Assembly (NCBI GenBank): GCA_039621445.1
Contig: CP154954.1
Span: 19,330,642 to 19,394,641 of the forward strand
Origin: Euglena gracilis
Taxonomy: Eukaryota
Length of the DNA: 64,000 nucleotides
Direction: 5' to 3'
This document shows positions 12,034 through 25,073 of this stretch, in pieces. Under the pieces are notes generated by a model that did not search any database, had not been told where the DNA came from, and worked only from the letters and a program-made list of their open reading frames with translations. The translations under genes were made by a program, and so were the position numbers. Position 1 is the first letter of the stretch. Every line of letters begins with the position of its first letter.

Positions 12034-14118
12034 TTCCTTACGCTCACTGACAAGCCAGGCCAGCAGTTACCTTTCACATGGCGAAACGTTTTACACAACT
12101 ATGCATTGGGGGGAGTCCATTCACAACGCATTGGGGCTTGCCAGGGGTATTCCGTCCGCAACGTCGTCTCTCAGGCATGGAATAGCTAGTGATCCCAGGA
12201 CCCACTTCTTTAAAAAAAAAATCGGCCCCCGCATGACCAGGTCGACCCACCCACCCACCCACCCAAAACCCAGGCGGGGGCCTGCTTGTGGCAGCCCATC
12301 CCCAGCAGCCTCCCAGAACCGCACGCTGACCCCACCGTCACCACTGGCCAGCTGCTGGCTGTCGCGGGAGAAGGCCAGCGCCCGCACCACGGTCCTGTGG
12401 CCCGCCGGCTGGGGCGTTTTTTTAGAACAAGGCCCCCCCAAAAAAATGTCGGCGTCAGCGGTGGCTGGCAGCGACCCATCGTCCCCAGAGCAAGGATCGC
12501 TGTATTGGACATCCGCCCATTTTGGCCTTGTCGACGACCTTGAATTTATCGGATCCCGAAAAAAATATCGGGAAATATGGGCCCTGTTGGGGGGGTTAGT
12601 TGACTTTTTTGGTTTTTTTAGGCGATTTTGGGATTATCCAAATCACAAAAATGATGAACTCGGGGGCTGACCACAAGTGCAGGAGAGAGGTGGGGTGCCC
12701 AAACCACCACCGATTGGTGGTCCAGGTTTCTGACCCCCCCCCCTCGCAAGGCACTCAGACACCACCTCCGCGCTTGGGGATCCAGGTGGCAGCCCAGGCT
12801 GGCCCGGCCGGTCCTTCTCCGCCCGCTCCCACTCCGCCTTGTCCCACGCTGCCCGGGCTTGCTCCTCCGACCGGTGCCGAGCGGGGCCAGGGGGTGGGAG
12901 GGCGGCAGTGTGACAAATGGGCCGGGGCTGTGGCACTCCCGACTGCCCACTGACAAGCCAGGCCAGCAGCTACCTTTCGCATGGCGAAATGTTTTACACA
13001 ACTATGCATTGGGGGGGAGTCCATTCACACCGCATTGGGGCTTGCCAGGGGTATTCCGTCCGCAACGTCGTCTCTCAGGCATGGAATAGCTAGTGATCCC
13101 AGGGGCGTGGGGCACTTTTCCCAGGGCCCAAACCTGCCACCCACTTCTTTAAAAAAAAAAAATCGGCCCCCGCATGACCAGGTCGACCCACCCTCCCACC
13201 CACCCAAAACCCACCCAAAATCAGCCAGAACCCCTGGGAAAAAAAATCATCGGCCTTCAGCCGGCTTCAGCCGGACAAAACTCACCCACTCTAGAACACC
13301 CACCATCCACCTGTGGGGAAGGGTAACACAGGTGTCAAATGAGTCTACGCTCCTAGACCTTTAATTCCACCGCCCTCTCCCAGTCTGTTTGGAGGGTGAG
13401 GGGGGGGGGGGCAGATCATTCCTTCAACACCAAACGAAAAATTTAACCTAAATATTGATGGGGTGATGTGTGAGGTCGGACCCTCCACATTCGGCACACC
13501 CTGCCCGACATACATTTGCCGTGACTCCCGTCCCCGCTCGAGTCATCCTGCTTTTCAATATTTCCGAATTCTGAATTGGTTTCATGATTCGGCTTGGGCA
13601 ACGTCACACAACTGTGAGTTTTGCTGGCGGACGGTGGTCGCCAGCAAAACTCACAGTTTAAGGCTATGGTCAAGTAACCCAACCGCCCACCAGGATACTG
13701 GGATAGGGGGGTCAACTCCCCACTTACCGCGGTCGACCCCCCGGGAGGTGGGGGGCCACCCACCACAGCATTTTCACGGATTTTTTAAACAAATTTTTCC
13801 TGGCGCCTTTGACGCCGGGGAAAAAAATTTGGGTCAAAAATTGGTGCTCCGGAAATATGGGCGGAGGTGGTGGGGGGGGGGGTCGACCCCCCCCCTACCC
13901 ACCACTGTTTGGCCGATTCGCGTTCTGCCCTGGCCCCCAGGGTTGCCGGGATTCCATTCAGTCCGGCCCCTCCCCTGGCCGGGGGACGGCAGCGGAGGGG
14001 GGACGGAGGGGAAGCCGCCGGTCGTGCCGGCGGCCGCCAGCCGGTCCAGCCGGCCCTGCTGCAGGGCCCCGAACCGGTGGATGGCGTCCACCGCCTCCTG
14101 CAGTGCCACGCAAGCCAT
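6350..14118 (-). CDS. INCENP: INCENP-like chromosomal passenger protein, multi-exon (central exons only approximately resolved)
   Basis: The joined 3' exons (9084 upward, 8113-8159, 7891-~7930, 6350-~6530) read DDPSRKAQPPAWARSQAIHDALAAQ..RDPDEIF..GVDLDRIFGPTYAKHKRPRTSSANWHIDRFTPAEELQYKRDMGYSA*. This matches the IN-box (Aurora-B-binding) pattern PxWA...Q...DPxxIF...DLxxIF...RTSSANW. Upstream are E/R/K-rich helical exons (~12805-12880, ~11395-11477, ~9890-10045) and a Pro-rich exon. The putative ATG at 14118 follows a pyrimidine tract and AG; its assignment to this gene is tentative. Confidence 0.75.
8160..9083 (-). other. Nonconventional intron (N3+N4 geometry) in the INCENP-like gene
   Basis: ccc|gccCAGGGT...ACCCTGgccc|gcc; removal gives QPP|AWA. 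Confidence 0.7.
9356..9560. repeat. Inverted hexamer arrays (TGGGTR)n / (YACCCA)n
   Basis: Short TGGGTA/TGGGTG run at 9356-9390 facing a long TACCCA run at 9432-9560. Confidence 0.9.
12045..13212 (+). repeat. ~230-265 bp dispersed direct duplication (12045-12272 and 12948-13212)
   Basis: Near-identical CACTGACAAGCCAGGCCAGCAG...CCCAAAACCCA; the second copy has ~35 extra bp. Confidence 0.95.
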
Positions 14119-14824
14119 CGCTGGGGGGGGGGGGGAAGGGAGTCTGGGGTCCATGCAGCCGCTGTATTCAGGGTGGCCGTGGGAAATTGAAAAAAATGAA
14201 GTCAATAAAAATTCACAGTGACCATGGAGTTAGTTATAGGTAAAAAAAAAAACCCAAATCACGGGGCAGTGCCGTTGGAGTGGGCAGTGCCCGAATATCG
14301 GGGCAGGAGGCAGGCCGAAAAAGACGGTTCCAATTACGGGGCACCCTCAGTTTTTGGCCCAAAAGGTTAGCAACGACGAAAATGTTCCACAACGCTTGCC
14401 TGCCGCGAGTGCAGTTGGTGCAAATGGAATCAGGGATGGGTCAAAACCAAATCATATTCAAGGTCTCGGATCTCAGGTTTGTAACACTCATCATTTTCAT
14501 AAATAGGTTGATGTGTCATTCATCACAAAAGGTCTGTGAGGGAATTCCATGATGACGGGTAGTACACAGATAATGGGGCAGGGGGGAAGGTCAAAAAAGA
14601 TGGTGCCAGTAACGGAGCACCCTGCCCCGTTATTTGGGGGGATGTATATATGAAAAATATGCCTGCATATTTGTACGTGTATGCATTCATACACACATAT
14701 CCAGCTGTATATGTGAGTATGTGTATGTATATATATTTTCAGATATGCATAAATGTACCTATAAATACATAGAGGTATATGTATATTCTTTCATTTACAT
14801 TTTCATTTTTCGGTGTGTCTGCAT

Positions 14825-15221
14825 CAGGCTTTTGCTTAAGGACCCCCCGGGGGGGGTACTGGCTAGCCAATCGGCTAGACACTGGAAAAAGTGGACTAGC
14901 TAGACCCCCCCTCCCCTGGGGGGGGGGGGGTCTGGGGTCCCCCGGACTGGAAAAAAAATTTTCCTCCGGCGCTGCGCGCCAGAGGAAAAATGAGGTTTTT
15001 AACAAGTTTTGGGCTGATTTTGTTCCAAAAATTCCTAAAAATGGCCAAAAACGGGCATTTTCGGCCATTTTTGGGGGTCCCAAAAGAATTTTTTTTCCAC
15101 TAGCTAGCCCTGCTAGCAGACCCCCCCGGGGGGGTCTGCTAGAAAACCCACTAGCCAAATTTGGACTAGCTGCAGTCCAGCCCCCCCGGGGGGGTACTGC
15201 AATCCCTTAAGCAAAAGCCTG
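14825..15221. mobile_element. hAT-type MITE (family A)
   Basis: TIR CAGGCTTTTGCTTAAGG / CCTTAAGCAAAAGCCTG; perfect 8-bp TSD GTCTGCAT. Confidence 0.95.
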
Positions 15222-16051
15222 GTCTGCATGTTTGCATAGGAGGGCTTGCCAAATGCCTTAAATTCCACACATTCGGCTTCTTCCAGCACTTTTGGTGCCA
15301 CCGGTGATCCATGAGTTCTCAGGCCATGCCTTGCCTGCCTCTGTGCATCACTGTTAGACCAGTTGCCATTCTGGATATTCCCAAATTTTGTTTGTGTTTT
15401 TCCAAGACCAGTCCGAACTCTTGTCCCCCCCCACTTCCTGGCATTCAATATGTTTGGATGAAGGACACAACCTCACTATAAAATCGCACAAGGGCACAGG
15501 TGGAAAATTGCTGAGGCAAAGACCCAGAGTCCTAAACAGGGAGGAGAGTCGGAGTTGAACTGGCAGCACAAAATGACTTTGTTTTGTTGAAGGAGGAACC
15601 AAAGCAAAAATAACAAACAAACAAACAAACAAACAAACAAACACCACCATCGCAACCAGCATGAGACAAAACAAAACTTATCCGATGTGAAAGATACTTG
15701 TTCCAACAAGTCAAGCAGAGGTTCGCTGGAAGGCTCGGGTTGGAAAGGAAGGGGAAGAAGCGTCTCCGTCATTCAGCCCAAAGGCGCACGTGTCGCGGGC
15801 CAAATCAGTGCCGTAGTGTGCCGCTAGCTACGAGGACGCCAAACCAAGGAGTCTCCCCACAGGGGGGGCAGAGTGGTGAATGGTACCGGTCAGGGCGAGG
15901 GGAAATAGCGCCACCACATCGGGATGCTGTGGGGGGTCTCCAAGGACAGGGGGGGGGCTCACCTGCCTGCAGCTTTGCACTGAAAGAGGTGCTTTCCGAA
16001 ATCAAGATTAAGAACAGCACAAACGAGAGCCAAACACCCCAGGAATGTTTG

Positions 16052-16369
16052 CAGGGCGGTCCTTAAGCAAATAAAAAAAAATTCTCGGCCGTCCCAGCAC
16101 ACTCAGTGAAAAATAGACAGGAAAATGGCAAGAAATTTTTGGCATTTTTCAGTGAGAACACGTCGACATCGGGGAAAAAAATTGATTCCTGGCACCCCTG
16201 GACCATCGTCCATCCACCCAAATCATCAAAAACTGTGCTTTTTTGGACTTTTTAATTTTGGACCCCGTTCAAGTCCCAGTCTGGCCCTTAACCGGCCCTT
16301 TGGCCGAAAGGGAGGCAGTCCTTAAGGAAATAAAAAAAAAAACTTTCCTGTCCCTTAAGGACCGCCCTT
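16052..16369. mobile_element. MITE-like element
   Basis: Inverted ends CAGGGCGGTCCTTAAG / CTTAAGGACCGCCCT; TSD not clear. Confidence 0.6.
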
Positions 16370-16709
16370 AAGATTGAACCTTCCTGGCATCATTGTAATG
16401 CTATGTGTGCATAGCACCCACAAATGAAGCCCTTCTTGCCTCACCCCTCCCCCGACCTTGAATTGAGGGGGGGGGCACGTTTTGCAGTAAATAACCTGGT
16501 CAAAAGAGTGATCCCAAAAACATGGCTCAAAAGATGGCTGAGAAAAAAATGTGCTGAGGAAAAGACAAGCACGTCGCGCTGCTATGGGGGTTGGAAGTTG
16601 GTCATGACCCTCTCCTCTTGATGGCCCCATGAGATGGCCTCACTGGTATTCCTGACCCTGTCGCAGCCCAGCAGGAAGGCAAATGAGCCCCCTTGGGCAT
16701 AGGCTGGTC

Positions 16710-19700
16710 TCAGTTGTCCTCCGGGCCGGCGAGCCGCAACGCGCGGTCCACAATGCCGGCGTGTTGTGGGGCGGCGGCCTGGTACAGCGCCCGGAGCTTC
16801 TTGGTCACCCAGTTGAGGACATCGCTGTTCTCCGCATTGGCAGCAGTGCCCGTGAGCCTGGGCAGGGGATGCCCCCTCACCCCACAGATGGGCAGGGACC
16901 CGTGGGAGGCCCTAAGGGGGGGTTGGACCCCCTCCAATTTGAAAAATTAATCCAAAATGCCCATTTTTGCGCCGTTTGAACATTTTCTCACTGCAAAAAA
17001 AACACCAAAATATCAAAAAAAAATGTAAATATGCTATAAGTCAGAAGAAAAGACAGTTTTTGTTGCATTTTCCGGCGCACAGCGCAGGAAAACTGCTGTT
17101 GGAACCTGCCAAGAGGATCCGGACACCGCCTCCCAAGGTCTGGAGGGACCTGCCCCCCCCCCAGCTACCTCACCCCTGGGGGGGGGTCTGGAAACCTCCA
17201 ATTCCGAAAAGGGGGGGGTCAGGGTCGACCCAAAATTTTTCCAGAAAAGCTGGCAGGGGGATGGCCTTGGGGCAGAGGCTTTTGTCGGAGACCCCCTGGA
17301 CCGACCCCATGGATAGCCGTCGCTTTCAGAAGGTCTCAAGAATGGTGGTTGGCAGAGATTCTCGGGTCACTCCACCGACACTTCCCACGCCCACTCTGTC
17401 TGGATGCCAAGCGATGATTTTGAACAGCGCACTGGGAACAACAAAAATGAGTTCTCTTTCTTTATGGACCAGTTTTGCAAGAAACCTCCCCAGAGGTCTT
17501 TGGAGAACAAAGTGAGACACGGTGGGGGGGGGGTCGATCCTTCCAGGGTCACTGGGTGTCGCGCAGACCAAACTGCGTGGCCAGGGTGATACAGCAGATC
17601 CAGAGGCCTGGGGAGGGAAGGAAGAGGTCCCCCCTGTCAGGAACAACCGATGGAAGACGGGCCAACAAACCCCCCAGCAGCCCAAGCGGTTGTTGGACAA
17701 TCCGTGCAGCCCTGAACCACAACGTAACAGCGCGTACTTTTTGTGATGGATGAATGGCGTATATTGGGATGCATTTGACGTATTGTATTGTATGTGATGC
17801 ATTGTGTCATATGTGATGCATTGGTGTATTGTATGTATTGGGTGGGATGTATTGTTGGGTGAATACATGAATGGCGCACATTGGGACAGATCGGATGCGG
17901 GGCCCCGGATGGGGACGGGGCACACACCGTAGTACGCCCGCAGGTTCCGCACCGAGTCGTTCAGCTTGATGGACTGTGCAAAGTACTTCCGGGCTTCCTC
18001 GGTGGGCCGCTTCTCCCCAATGGAATACAGCACCTGATTAGACACGAGGGAGAAATCCCATCAAAACGGGGGAGCACTTCGGGGGTCCTATTTTTAGGGG
18101 TTTACTCCAAACAAGAAAAACCATGGAGGGGTGTCCAGGCTCCTGGCTGCCTTCCTCGATAGGGGTGCTCTTATATGGACCCACCCCATGCATATATTAG
18201 GATCTGTATCCTAATATCACGAATGGTCAAACATAATCTCATAAGGTAAGATAAGATATCTCCCCTGCAGAAATAGAAGCTTCTTTGTTGATTGGCTGCC
18301 AAATGCAGAACCCACTCCTGGCTGCAGGGCTGGATAGACAACAAAATGCCAATGTCGGATTCTGTCACTTATTTTTGAAAGGAAAAAAAGATTCACTCTT
18401 TTGCAAACGACGGAATATTGGTTGAAACGTCACTGACGACGAAACGATGTAGAACAATGGCATCTCCTGGATTGATGAGGCTAAATTGGAAAACATAAGG
18501 TTGCAAAAAAACCATATGAAGTCCTCCTCTCTGGTTGGGTTTGATATTTGGACCCTCCCCTGGAGATTTCTTTGGGACCTGTACTCCCTGGCCTGAATTC
18601 ATCGGGACCTGTCTCTGACCTCTGTACGACACATCTGGGACATTTTGTGGGGGGGGTTACCTATGTGTGCACATTCAAAAACAATTGCATATTATCTGAC
18701 TCATACTGTGAATTATTGGGTTCGAGTCAGAGGAACAAAGTTGACATTTCCGACTCCCCTGGCAGACATGAAAATCAGAAAAAGTGATTCTTTAACACAT
18801 TGAAAGAAAAATGATCACAGAAACAGTCATTTTGATGATTATGGAAAAACCTTGTAAAAATTCTTAGGAAACAGGTCAGCGGATACAAGGGTTGGAGACA
18901 GGTCCATATGAGGACAGGTTGGCAGGTAAAGGAGGCAGAGGATACTTTCTCGGGGAAGACTGGGGGGTAGATACATGTCGATGCATCTAAGTTTTAGCAT
19001 CACGTTCCACATGGCACCTCGGCATATTTGAGCATAAAGAGAAAATTGTGCGGGTCCCCGAGGATCATCTCCTCGAAGCAGTAGGCCGCCTTGTTGTAAT
19101 CGCAGTCCACCAGGTGGAGACCAGCCAGCTCGTGCTGGGCGTCCTCATCCACCTGGACAGGAAAACCGGAGGTGGGCATCCCCGCCCACAATGTCCTCAG
19201 ATGTGCACGGGGGGGGGGGGGGGATCGGCGTTGTGAGTATGTGCGGCATCGCACGTGGGGGAAAAGTTGGAAAGAGCTTTTAGCATGTGAAGGCTAAGGA
19301 TGTGTTGCTTCCGGGCAAGAATGCAAAATAAAGAATGGCATGATGGCATGCCTTTCTCAACTGGGTTTGCCTTCCACAACGACCGGGGGGGGGGGGGGAG
19401 AATGGGTCCAGAAAAATGAAACGACCATTCAAAAAGCACCAGAACAAAACGCGAGGACACAATATGGACTCAGAAAAAAACACACAAAAAATCTTGCCAG
19501 AATCGAAAACTGCAGAAAAAACGAGCCCCCCCTCCCCGCGTATGGGAGGGGTGGGGACCTGGAACACGGTCAGGTACTCCTCCAGAATCTTGATGGCATC
19601 CCCGCGGTGGCCGCGCGCCTTCGCCACGGCCGCCCGGCGCTTGAACGCCAGCTTGTCACAGCGCTGAGTCTCCTCCAGCAGGTCCTTGTAGCACTTGTCC

Positions 19701-21602
19701 GCGTCCTCGTACTGCTCCTTCGCCTCCAGGATGAGCCCATGGAGGCTGTGGAAGCATGTTGTGGGGGACAGGGGTGGTGGGGTCCATCGAGTCAAGGGCT
19801 GGGATCGCGAGATACGGCACAAACTACACACACCCCTACTCGGGATTTTCTTTAATTTATTTTATTTTTTTTGAAAAAGGGTGAGGGCCACCCCCGATCC
19901 CAACAGGAGGGGGGTTGGACCCACTCTTTAGGGGGCCAACTTTGGGGTAAAGAATTCTTGGCACTTTGTGCCGAAAATAGAGAAACCCCTCTCACTCAAC
20001 TCGACTACACCCCCTGGGGGGAGGGGGTCCAGCAGACCCACCCACCAAACCACCTCCTCCCCAGGCCAACCTGTAAAAAAAAAAAACGCTGCACCTTTCC
20101 CTAACCCTAACCAGAACCCAACTCTAAAACCCACCTTAATCCCCAGCCTCCACCTAAAAAAAAACTTCCATTCCATACCACCCTCCTAGCGTGTCCCCCT
20201 CCCACCCTCACCCAGGTTTGTGCTCATCGTGGTATATCACGCACGGTTGCCAATCCAGTCGGCAAACAACTGATGAAGAGCGTCTGGAGCCACTTGCTAC
20301 TACTCACGCACTCATGCAATGTTTGACTGGGAAGTGCCACGGCCAGGACAATACCCATCACTTGTCCCCTGTTGATCGCCAGTTTTTGGCACCGTGCATG
20401 TTGTGTCTTCAACGGGCAGCACTGTGCAAGGGTACTGCAGCAGCCACACCGCCTCACACGGCGGCTGTCCTCCGAGAAACGGGTGGCCAGCCGATGACAG
20501 GGTTTGGACCACGAGCCGGAATTGGTCCCTCCCCACCCAACCCTGAAGCCCTGAGGCGGTGGGGTTTCGGACACCCCTCCCAACACAACCCCCGCCGACC
20601 TCGAAACCGGCATAGGCCTGAAAATTTTTCAATTTTGTGGTACCACGCAAGCATTGTTGAAAAATCCCTGAATTTTATTTGAAAATAAATCCAAAAATGC
20701 ACATTATTTGAACAGTTTTTTTTTTGTGGAAAACAACAAAACATCAAAAAAAAAGTGCAATGTACTCAAAGGTGAGAACAGAGGCATTTTTGGTTCATTT
20801 TCCAGCGCACAGCGTCAGAGGAATTTTTTCTTTCATTTTTTGAAACCTGTCAAGGAAGGGGGGGTCCGGACGCCCCCTCTCAACAGGGGGTTTGGAGTAC
20901 ACCTTACCCCCTGTGGGGGGGGGGGGGGTCGGAACCCCCACTACCACCTACCTCAAAACCGAAAGGTTTCCCATCTATCCCTGCAACCAGCGCACACCCC
21001 GGCGGTGCCCAACCCTGGTCGGGCCCAACACTCCTCGGCATCTGGAATGCAGCGGCAGTCGAGGGAGGCCATCAGGACCTGCTCTGTGATGACCCACACC
21101 TGCAGCAGCCGTACGGAGGAGGAAGGGTTAACAACACACGTGTTCACATGCAACATGCGCACGCGCGCGCACACACACACGGACGTGTGCGCGCACACAT
21201 GCACGCACACGCACACGACACGAATGCGCGCTCTCACGCACACACATGTACACTGCAGTGGATCAAATACGTCATTTTTTTGCATCACATACTTCATCGC
21301 CAAGGGATTTCGCATAATGCTTCAACAGCTGCTGTCCGCAGTAGTGCACAACTTCCGAACAACGGACTGGATTTGTTCGCAAATCCTGCAACAGCTTGCG
21401 CATCTGCGGATATGCCGGCTTCAGGGAACACCCATCGCAAGCTGGAAGACTGGATGGATGGGTATGCAAATGACAAATTGCTGAACATATTTGTTGGGTT
21501 ACTGAACATTGGCTTTGTTCTTGGATGGATTTTGTGTGGTTTGAGACAGCATCAGAGGGGAAAAAAACGGCTGTATGCCGGCTTCAGTTGCTGCGCAGCC
21601 AT
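16710..21602 (-). CDS. EMC2: ER membrane protein complex subunit 2 (TPR protein), 10 predicted exons, about 293 aa
   Basis: Exons 21577-21602, 21293-21416, 21021-21099, 20450-20492, 19559-19745, 19018-19152, 17924-18033, 17558-17572, 17307-17321 and 16710-16857 sum to 882 nt in one frame. Motifs: LGDEVWVITEQVLMASLD, SRRVRRLHGLILEA, AAYCFEEMIL..PHN, RAYYGVLVCAT. Five introns are GT-AG and four are nonconventional. The borders of the two 15-nt micro-exons are less certain. Confidence 0.9.
20493..21020 (-). other. Nonconventional intron in EMC2
   Basis: c|gacCAGGGTTgg...aAACCCTGtcatc|g; joins CWA-R-LATRF in frame. Confidence 0.85.
21417..21576 (-). other. Nonconventional intron 1 of EMC2, with an 11-bp flanking duplication
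   Basis: gc|ataCAG...CTGaagcc|g; AAGCCGGCATA lies on both sides of the CAG...CTG core. Confidence 0.75.
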
Positions 21603-24600
21603 GCATTCTGAGTGTTGCTGGGTTGAATGAAATCGCTTGCGGCCATCCTCTGCATTTCAGTTTCATCGTCGTGCAAGTTTTTTTTAAGACAATGATCAAA
21701 TTTCTCAAAGACCTTTTGGAAAAACATTTCGAAAGTATTTGTGGATCAAAACACCATAATTCATACATCTAAAAGCATTTTAAAGCAAATTAGCCCCCCC
21801 CCTCCCAAATATAAAGCCCCTTTATATTTGGAGGGACCAACACGATTTTTTTGGGGGTTGTCTCGAAAAATTATAGAATACTAATTTGTACCAAAATTGA
21901 GTTGTGGATTTGGGGGCCCCCCTCCAGGTTGTTAAAATGAAGGCCGGTGGCCACTTTCTCGTGAGGATTTAAGAAAATATACAGCTCCACACAAAAAAAA
22001 ACTATGAAGTACTGGTGCGCAGGAGAAGTCGCTCCAAAGTTCAAAAATGTTACAAATCAAAACTTGTTTTCAAAAAAACATTGCAAGAAGAAAGCAAATA
22101 AAAATTGCATCACCCACCTTTGCCAGGATTGGCCAAACCATGACGGAATGAAAGCCCTTCAGTCCTTCAGAAGGGTTGCCGCCGCAGCTTGCTCACCCGA
22201 AATGTACTACCCAGAAAAGGAAGAGGAACTCAGCCTCTCTGACTTGGCATTGAATGGGACCAGTCTGGTAACCTGGTAACCTGGTAACTCACAATGGCAT
22301 TCCTCTCACGATGGCACGGCGATCCCTGCGCATCTTCTGGTACTCGGCACCAGCATTCCGGCTGATGGGGTGGCTGGGCTGAACCCCCCTCGAAGCAGCG
22401 CAGCAACCGCTCCACCCCCCAGGGAAAGCCGGCACACAAGAGAATCCTCCAATGTTGTTGCAAAGAAATGGGCAGGAAAAATGCTGGTGAGGGGGGAGGG
22501 TGTACCCCCACCCCACCGAATAACAGACCAAACTGACAGTGATGGGGTGAGCGGGGTCAGACGGCAGCCTGGCGGACCACCCCATGAAGCATGGCACGGG
22601 TGAATGTATGGCGACACTTTATGGTACCACCAAAATTACGGACGTGACAAATTTGGCATGAATCTTTTAAAAATAAGGGGCCGCAAATTTTGGCAAAGGC
22701 GCTGGTTTTTTGCTCCGTAGAATGGGCCAATCCGATGGGGGTAGCATTGAGCTTTAGAGACATTGGCAGAAAGCTGAGTTGGTAGAAAGGATAAACTTGT
22801 CAGGAGTTCGGTTCTGCGCTTTTCCAGGGGAGAAAATCCGCCTCCCATCTTTCTCCCAGCCCTTACAGTGGTCTCCTGGCCTCCCTTCCCAACCAGAGGA
22901 CCCTCGTCCCCAGAACTCTGGCCTCCAGGGTTGGGGCGAAGTGCTGGGTGAGCGGGGGCAGCCTGGGTTGGGCAGGGCGGGTCTGAGCCATCACCGAGCA
23001 GACCGTCTGGGGGAGGGGGCAGCTGTGGAGAGGAAGGGCGGCGGGCTGCGGAAGAGAAGGGGGGGATTGGGGACCCGCAAATCCGAGAGGTGGCACATGG
23101 ATGGTGGAACACAAGGGTGGTGGGGGTGGCGGAAAAGGAATTTGGAGGTTTCAAAGGGTGCGGGGGGGGGGGGGACTTGACGTACCCCCCACAAGCCCAA
23201 TGAACAATACAGAGAAAATCTGGACAGTCAATCTGGATGTGGGACGTTCATTGGGCATGGATTGTATGGCTATTTGTATTGCTGTAAAATGTTACAAACT
23301 GGACGGCCCAGACACCCCCTGTTCATTGAGCAAGGGGTTCATTAGACATGGGGGGTCTAGGTTCGAAGAGGTTAAGGAGCAAGGACGACATAGGACTTTC
23401 ATGAGGACCTTGAGGGCCTTACCCTCATCCGCTGAAGGGCGAGGCAGCGGGGTGGTTCACAACTAAACCCCCCCAAATAATAACCCCCCCCCAAATAATA
23501 ACCCCCCCCCTGAGGACTGACTTCGGCCGCCCAAATAATAAACCCCCACCTCTGGCAGGTGTGAGGGCAAAGGAAAAAAGAGTCAAAAATTAGCAGAAAT
23601 GCTGCAAAAAAAAACAAAAATGGATCAAATTGGTGCAGAAAATATGGCAAAAAAGCACCCAATTTTCAAAAAAGCCCAAAAATGCCAAAAAAAAGTGACC
23701 ATTGGAGCCTGTGGAGGGGTTTTCGGGTCAATTTTGACTTCGACATTTTTGCCCAAATAATAAACCCCCCCAAATAATAAATCCCCCTGGACCCCAACTT
23801 CGGGTGTCCAAATAATAAACCGGGGAGTTTATTATTTGGGGGGAGGGGTTTACCAAACCCAGGGTCGTCATCAGATGCGAAAGGGGTGGAGTTTCCACCA
23901 ACCCAAGGGGGATGGCGGCCCTCGGAGTGCCCTGGAGTGCCCTGGAGTGCCGGGCTGGCAGGCAGGCAGGCACCCCCCGGAGGGGTCGGTGCCTGCCTGG
24001 CCGAGAAAAACAATTCCAAAATTGCCCAAAATTGCGAAGGTTGTCCAGAAAAGGCCGTTTCTTGGCATTTGGCTTGTGGCACCTTTGGCGACGGAGTACC
24101 TTCGTCGAGTGCCCAAGCACTTTGACCATAGTCCCCCTGGGGTCGGACCTGGGTGCCTTGGAGCTCTTGCTCCAACACCCCGGGGTGGGGTCGGCTTCGC
24201 CTTAAAATTCAGATAGGACAATAAATGGGACAAAATGGGACAGTAAACGACCCTCTTTTGAGCATGGATGATGGATGCCCTTTCCTACCTCCGACAAGTC
24301 TGGGGACTCTCAGTGAATGGTATCTGCTCCGCCAGCCTGCGAGGGCCCAGCTTCAAGAGGGGCTTCAAGATAGGTCAAAGGGTTGGCCCAGGAAGTCGTC
24401 ATGGGGGGAAGTATGTGCTAAAAGGCACCCCCCAAAATATGCAGGAATGTGTGCTAAATATGCGGGAAAGATGTGGAAAATATGTGATATTTCTGGAGCT
24501 GGGCCATATTTGGACATGTTCAGGTGACCCAACTGGCAAGTCAGCAAATTTGGATGAGTTTGTAATGAAAAATGGCCGAAATGACCTAATAAACAGCTGA

Positions 24601-25073
24601 TTTGCTAAAAAAAAAAAAGCCAACAGTGGCCAAGAATGTCCAGAAATGGCCAACAGTGGTCCAAAATGACCCAAAAATGGCCCACAGGGGCTCAGAATGG
24701 CCCAAATAAATGCCATAATGGTCCCAAAAATGAAAGCAAATGGCCTAAAAAGAAGGTGGAAGAAAGCAAAATGGCCCCAATAAGATGCAGGAAATATGCG
24801 GAAAATATGCGAGGCTGGGAAAATATGCAGTGGGAAAATTCTGAAAACCCTCCCAACATGCACAAAATATACAAAATATGCGCTTTTGGCCAAAAAAAAA
24901 GTGAAACATGCACTAAATATGCGAAATATGCACAAAAAAAAGTGTTCTGCACATTACCGTCCCCCCTACAGTCATGCGGTGTCGCCTGCCCGCAGAACAT
25001 AGGAGCTCTTTGGCGGTGCAAGTAACGGGATGTCGGCCAGGGGAGCTGTGCCACGGAAGGGAGCAGTGCAGTA

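Noticed and set aside
11684-12670. 328-aa plus-strand ORF
   Set aside because: Runs through homopolymers and a duplicated block; no recognisable domain.
22289-24400. Possible small gene between the NSUN-like gene and EMC2 (e.g. AEYQKMRRDRRAIVRGMPL*)
   Set aside because: Exons could not be joined and no family was recognised; unsupported.
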